A stretch of 37,851 bases of DNA from a virus. Its lineage: Duplodnaviria > Caudoviricetes. The notes under the pieces are model-generated. The model was not told the DNA's origin. It made no database searches and saw only the letters and a program-made list of their open reading frames with translations. The position numbers and the translations under genes are program-made. The stretch covers positions 1-37,851 of the IMG/VR virus record IMGVR_UViG_3300016263_000427; one strand, given 5' to 3'. Positions 35,168 to 37,851 of the stretch are shown piece by piece; the stretch's first letter is position 1; every line of letters starts with the position of its first letter.

Positions 35168-37036
35168 ATGTCATTAATAAATTTAAGAACTAATTTAACT
35201 AACCTGAAATTTGGTAATGATAGGCCAGGATATGGCTCATCAAATCTTCCCTATATTCAGACTCAGATACCTAGCGCTCCAGATTCACCTGGTCTATTTG
35301 AACCAATGTATAAACCAGGTTCTACAGGAGATCTTGATTTTCCAATTAGAGGTGGTTTACAAGGCAGCGTTAGTCTAGGCTTACAAACATTTACTTTAGC
35401 TAGTCAAATAGATAAAACTAGGATTAGAAAGTTCTTTGAAGACCAACCTAGAGGTCCTATATTCTTAAGAAAGCAAGTCGGTCTTCAGTTGACAAACCCT
35501 AAAATGGAGACAGGAAACACCCTGTTTGGTTTAGGGCAAACTGCACCACTTCCAGGTCTTTTAGAAAATACTAGAGTATATGATCCTACTGGCGGTTTAA
35601 CGCTTTCTCAAGTTGCAGCTATGGGCTCAGGTGCGCATGCTATAAGAAGTGGTTTAGTTCCTTTTGCGCTTGGTCAAAAACATTATTTTGCTGTTGTTAA
35701 TCAGCAAAACGTAAGTAACACAACTACTATAAACAGGCTTGTTAATCTTAATGCGCTTAAGATGACAACTGGAGTTTCTCCTTTTATAAACCCAGAAAAC
35801 GTATTTGATCTTGATAGAGTTAATACCCTTGGTATATCTCTAAATAGAAATTTGCTATTTCAATATTTAGGTGGTCCAGGCTCTGTTTATGGATCTGGTA
35901 CAACAACTATTAAAAGAGTTGTAGATACGACTAAATTGAGATCTAGAAAGGCTATGACCTACGATAAACTAAAATCTCAAAGTTCTAATAGAACAGAGAT
36001 AAATGGTAAAGTAGGATATAAAATCCAGGATTTTAGATCGCAATTGCCTGCCCTAGTTAATACTTACAGACCTTGGGGAAACAGTACTATTGATAAAAGG
36101 TTCTTTGTTTCAGCAGGCAATTATAAAGATAAAATGAATCTTTTATATCCTTTTGTGTTTAACAACAGTATTGCACCTTGGGAGTATAACAAAGAACAAA
36201 CAGATGATTTAATTAAGTTCGTATTTGAAGCGATATCTAATGATGATCCTAGTTATTCTTTAGCTATATTTTTTAGAGCGTATTTAACAGCTGGATTAAC
36301 AGACAATCACACAGCTCAATTAAATGGATTTAAGTATTTAGGAAGAGGAGAAAACTTTTACACTTATCAAGGCTTTGATAGATCAGTTAGCTTTTCTTTT
36401 AGAATAGCTGCAGGATCTAAAGCTGAGCTTATACCTCTGTATAATAAATTAAATGCATTAGTTAGTCAGGTTTATCCTGATTATAGCCCTAATCAAAACA
36501 TAATGAGAGCATCAATTGTGAGATTGACAATCGGTGATTACTTTAATAGGGTGCCAGGATTTATAGAGAGTGTTAATATATCTGTAGATAACGGTTATCC
36601 TTGGGAAATTAATCTAGATGGAGATGCCGCGCAACTTCCACAAGTTATAGATGTGGCTGTATCATTTAAGCCTATTCTTGATATACTTCCTGAAAGAGCC
36701 CAAATTACAGATATTGTTAATACAAAAAGCGCCATTACCCCTGCTAGCGCAACTCAAACTCAACAAATTAGTGGAAAAATAGGTGTGCCCGCTATTGTAG
36801 CTAATGCCCCAGGAGTAATTAGTAACGAGCTACAATCAAATGCTACTGCAACAACAAAACCATCTGCCGCTGATAGAGAGTCGGCATTTAAAGCTATAAC
36901 ACCTAAATTACCGCCTATTCAAAGTCCTTTAAGTATTTTAGAAAATCAGAGGCTTCAAAGACAAGAAGAAATACGCGATAATTTAAATAGGAACGCAAAA
37001 TACAAAGAAGATTTTAATGTTAATTTTGAAGGATAA
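35168..37036 (+). CDS. Baseplate / tail-tube initiator-like protein
   Basis: C-terminal half has YLGRGENFYTYQGFDRSVSFSF, RLTIGDY..VPGFIESVNIS and WEI...LPQVIDV.VSF. Follows the tape measure gene. Confidence 0.65.
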   Translation: MSLINLRTNLTNLKFGNDRPGYGSSNLPYIQTQIPSAPDSPGLFEPMYKPGSTGDLDFPIRGGLQGSVSLGLQTFTLASQIDKTRIRKFFEDQPRGPIFLRKQVGLQLTNPKMETGNTLFGLGQTAPLPGLLENTRVYDPTGGLTLSQVAAMGSGAHAIRSGLVPFALGQKHYFAVVNQQNVSNTTTINRLVNLNALKMTTGVSPFINPENVFDLDRVNTLGISLNRNLLFQYLGGPGSVYGSGTTTIKRVVDTTKLRSRKAMTYDKLKSQSSNRTEINGKVGYKIQDFRSQLPALVNTYRPWGNSTIDKRFFVSAGNYKDKMNLLYPFVFNNSIAPWEYNKEQTDDLIKFVFEAISNDDPSYSLAIFFRAYLTAGLTDNHTAQLNGFKYLGRGENFYTYQGFDRSVSFSFRIAAGSKAELIPLYNKLNALVSQVYPDYSPNQNIMRASIVRLTIGDYFNRVPGFIESVNISVDNGYPWEINLDGDAAQLPQVIDVAVSFKPILDILPERAQITDIVNTKSAITPASATQTQQISGKIGVPAIVANAPGVISNELQSNATATTKPSAADRESAFKAITPKLPPIQSPLSILENQRLQRQEEIRDNLNRNAKYKEDFNVNFEG

Positions 37037-37344
37037 TGAGCTATAGATATCAAGATATCGACATTACAAAATATAACCGTAGAGGTCCTCAATATTATAT
37101 AAACAATCTCTATCCAGATATTCCACTTTCTGCTGATGATAGCTATGTAATAGCCGTCTTAGGAGATAGGTTAGATCTTTTAGCGTTTGATTTTTATGGT
37201 GATACTAGCTTTTGGTGGGTAATTGCCTCAGCAAATGCACTATCAGGAGATTCTCTTTATTTAGAGCCTGGTGCTCAAATTAGAATACCAGCTAATTTAT
37301 CAGGCGTAATTACAAATTACACGTTAGTAAATGCTAGCAGATAG
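37036..37344 (+). CDS. LysM-like baseplate protein (tail protein X / gp53-like)
   Basis: GDRLDLLAFDFYGDTSFWWVIASAN...PGAQIRIP. Confidence 0.82.
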   Translation: MSYRYQDIDITKYNRRGPQYYINNLYPDIPLSADDSYVIAVLGDRLDLLAFDFYGDTSFWWVIASANALSGDSLYLEPGAQIRIPANLSGVITNYTLVNASR

Positions 37345-37346
37345 TT

Positions 37347-37851
37347 ATGTCTTTAGATAGCAATAAGATTTCAAATATCATTGGGACTAAGCTGCCTCAA
37401 TGGGTAATTAAACAGCTAAATACTAGATCTGTACAAAACTCTAGAAATTCTAGAGACAATAACAATGTTCTGTATTTAGGCAATAAAACAGCTTGGGTAA
37501 GATTAATATCATCTATTGATATAAACGGATCTGATCTCAACTATTTTAGAACTATAGTAGGAGAACAAACACTTACTGATCAAACAGATCTAGCTAAACA
37601 ATACGTTCTTTTCGGAGGTACATCTATATACAAAGATCAAAAATACCAACTAAGATCAGGAATATCTGATCTAACTTCCGGGCAAATTAAAGATGGTGCC
37701 TATGGTATTTTAGGAAAGAGTGAGATCGCTAAATATGGTTATAGGCCAATGCCAGGTATTACTAGCGTAATTATAGAAACTCAAGGACGTTTAGGATCGG
37801 TAAGATCAGCAATCATTAATTTTAAAGTCTGGGATAAAGCGCAATTAGATA
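37347..37851 (+). CDS. Probable baseplate hub-type structural protein, 3'-truncated; not in the supplied ORF track
   Basis: ATG 37347, open to the window end: MSLDSNKISNIIGTKLPQWV...KTAWVRLISS...GYRPMPGITS...GSVRSAIINFKVWDKAQLD. Confidence 0.7.
   Translation, partial: MSLDSNKISNIIGTKLPQWVIKQLNTRSVQNSRNSRDNNNVLYLGNKTAWVRLISSIDINGSDLNYFRTIVGEQTLTDQTDLAKQYVLFGGTSIYKDQKYQLRSGISDLTSGQIKDGAYGILGKSEIAKYGYRPMPGITSVIIETQGRLGSVRSAIINFKVWDKAQLD

Noticed and set aside
1-37851. Stop-codon reassignment
   Set aside because: Genes are intact and densely packed under the standard code, and TAA, TAG and TGA all occur at plausible gene ends.

Overview
The window is a co-oriented (+ strand) virion morphogenesis module of a large T4-like contractile-tailed phage. 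Gene order: terminase large subunit (5'-truncated), portal, head-associated ORFs, prohead protease, scaffold, major capsid protein, neck and tail-completion proteins, a 3737-aa modular fibre/adhesin, two paralogous fibre-like proteins, a glycosyltransferase-methyltransferase pair, tail sheath, tail tube, a chaperone pair, tape measure and baseplate genes (last one 3'-truncated). AT-rich starts without Shine-Dalgarno sequences suggest a Bacteroidota-type host (inference). The main observations are: (1) a [ST]-[GA]-S tripeptide clustered in probable surface regions of capsid, neck, sheath and fibres but absent from internal proteins, next to the GT and MTase genes, which suggests virion-wide glycosylation; (2) an ATATTTAT motif upstream of 12 genes, a likely late promoter; (3) twin hairpins sharing an AATCTAAT loop in the scaffold/capsid leader; (4) twin TATATA-centred palindromes before the giant fibre; (5) two candidate recoding sites; (6) four cassettes in the fibre with constant flanks and variable Cys-rich cores. 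No tRNA, rRNA, CRISPR array, integrase or reverse transcriptase was seen. All calls come from motif recognition by eye; no database searches were run.
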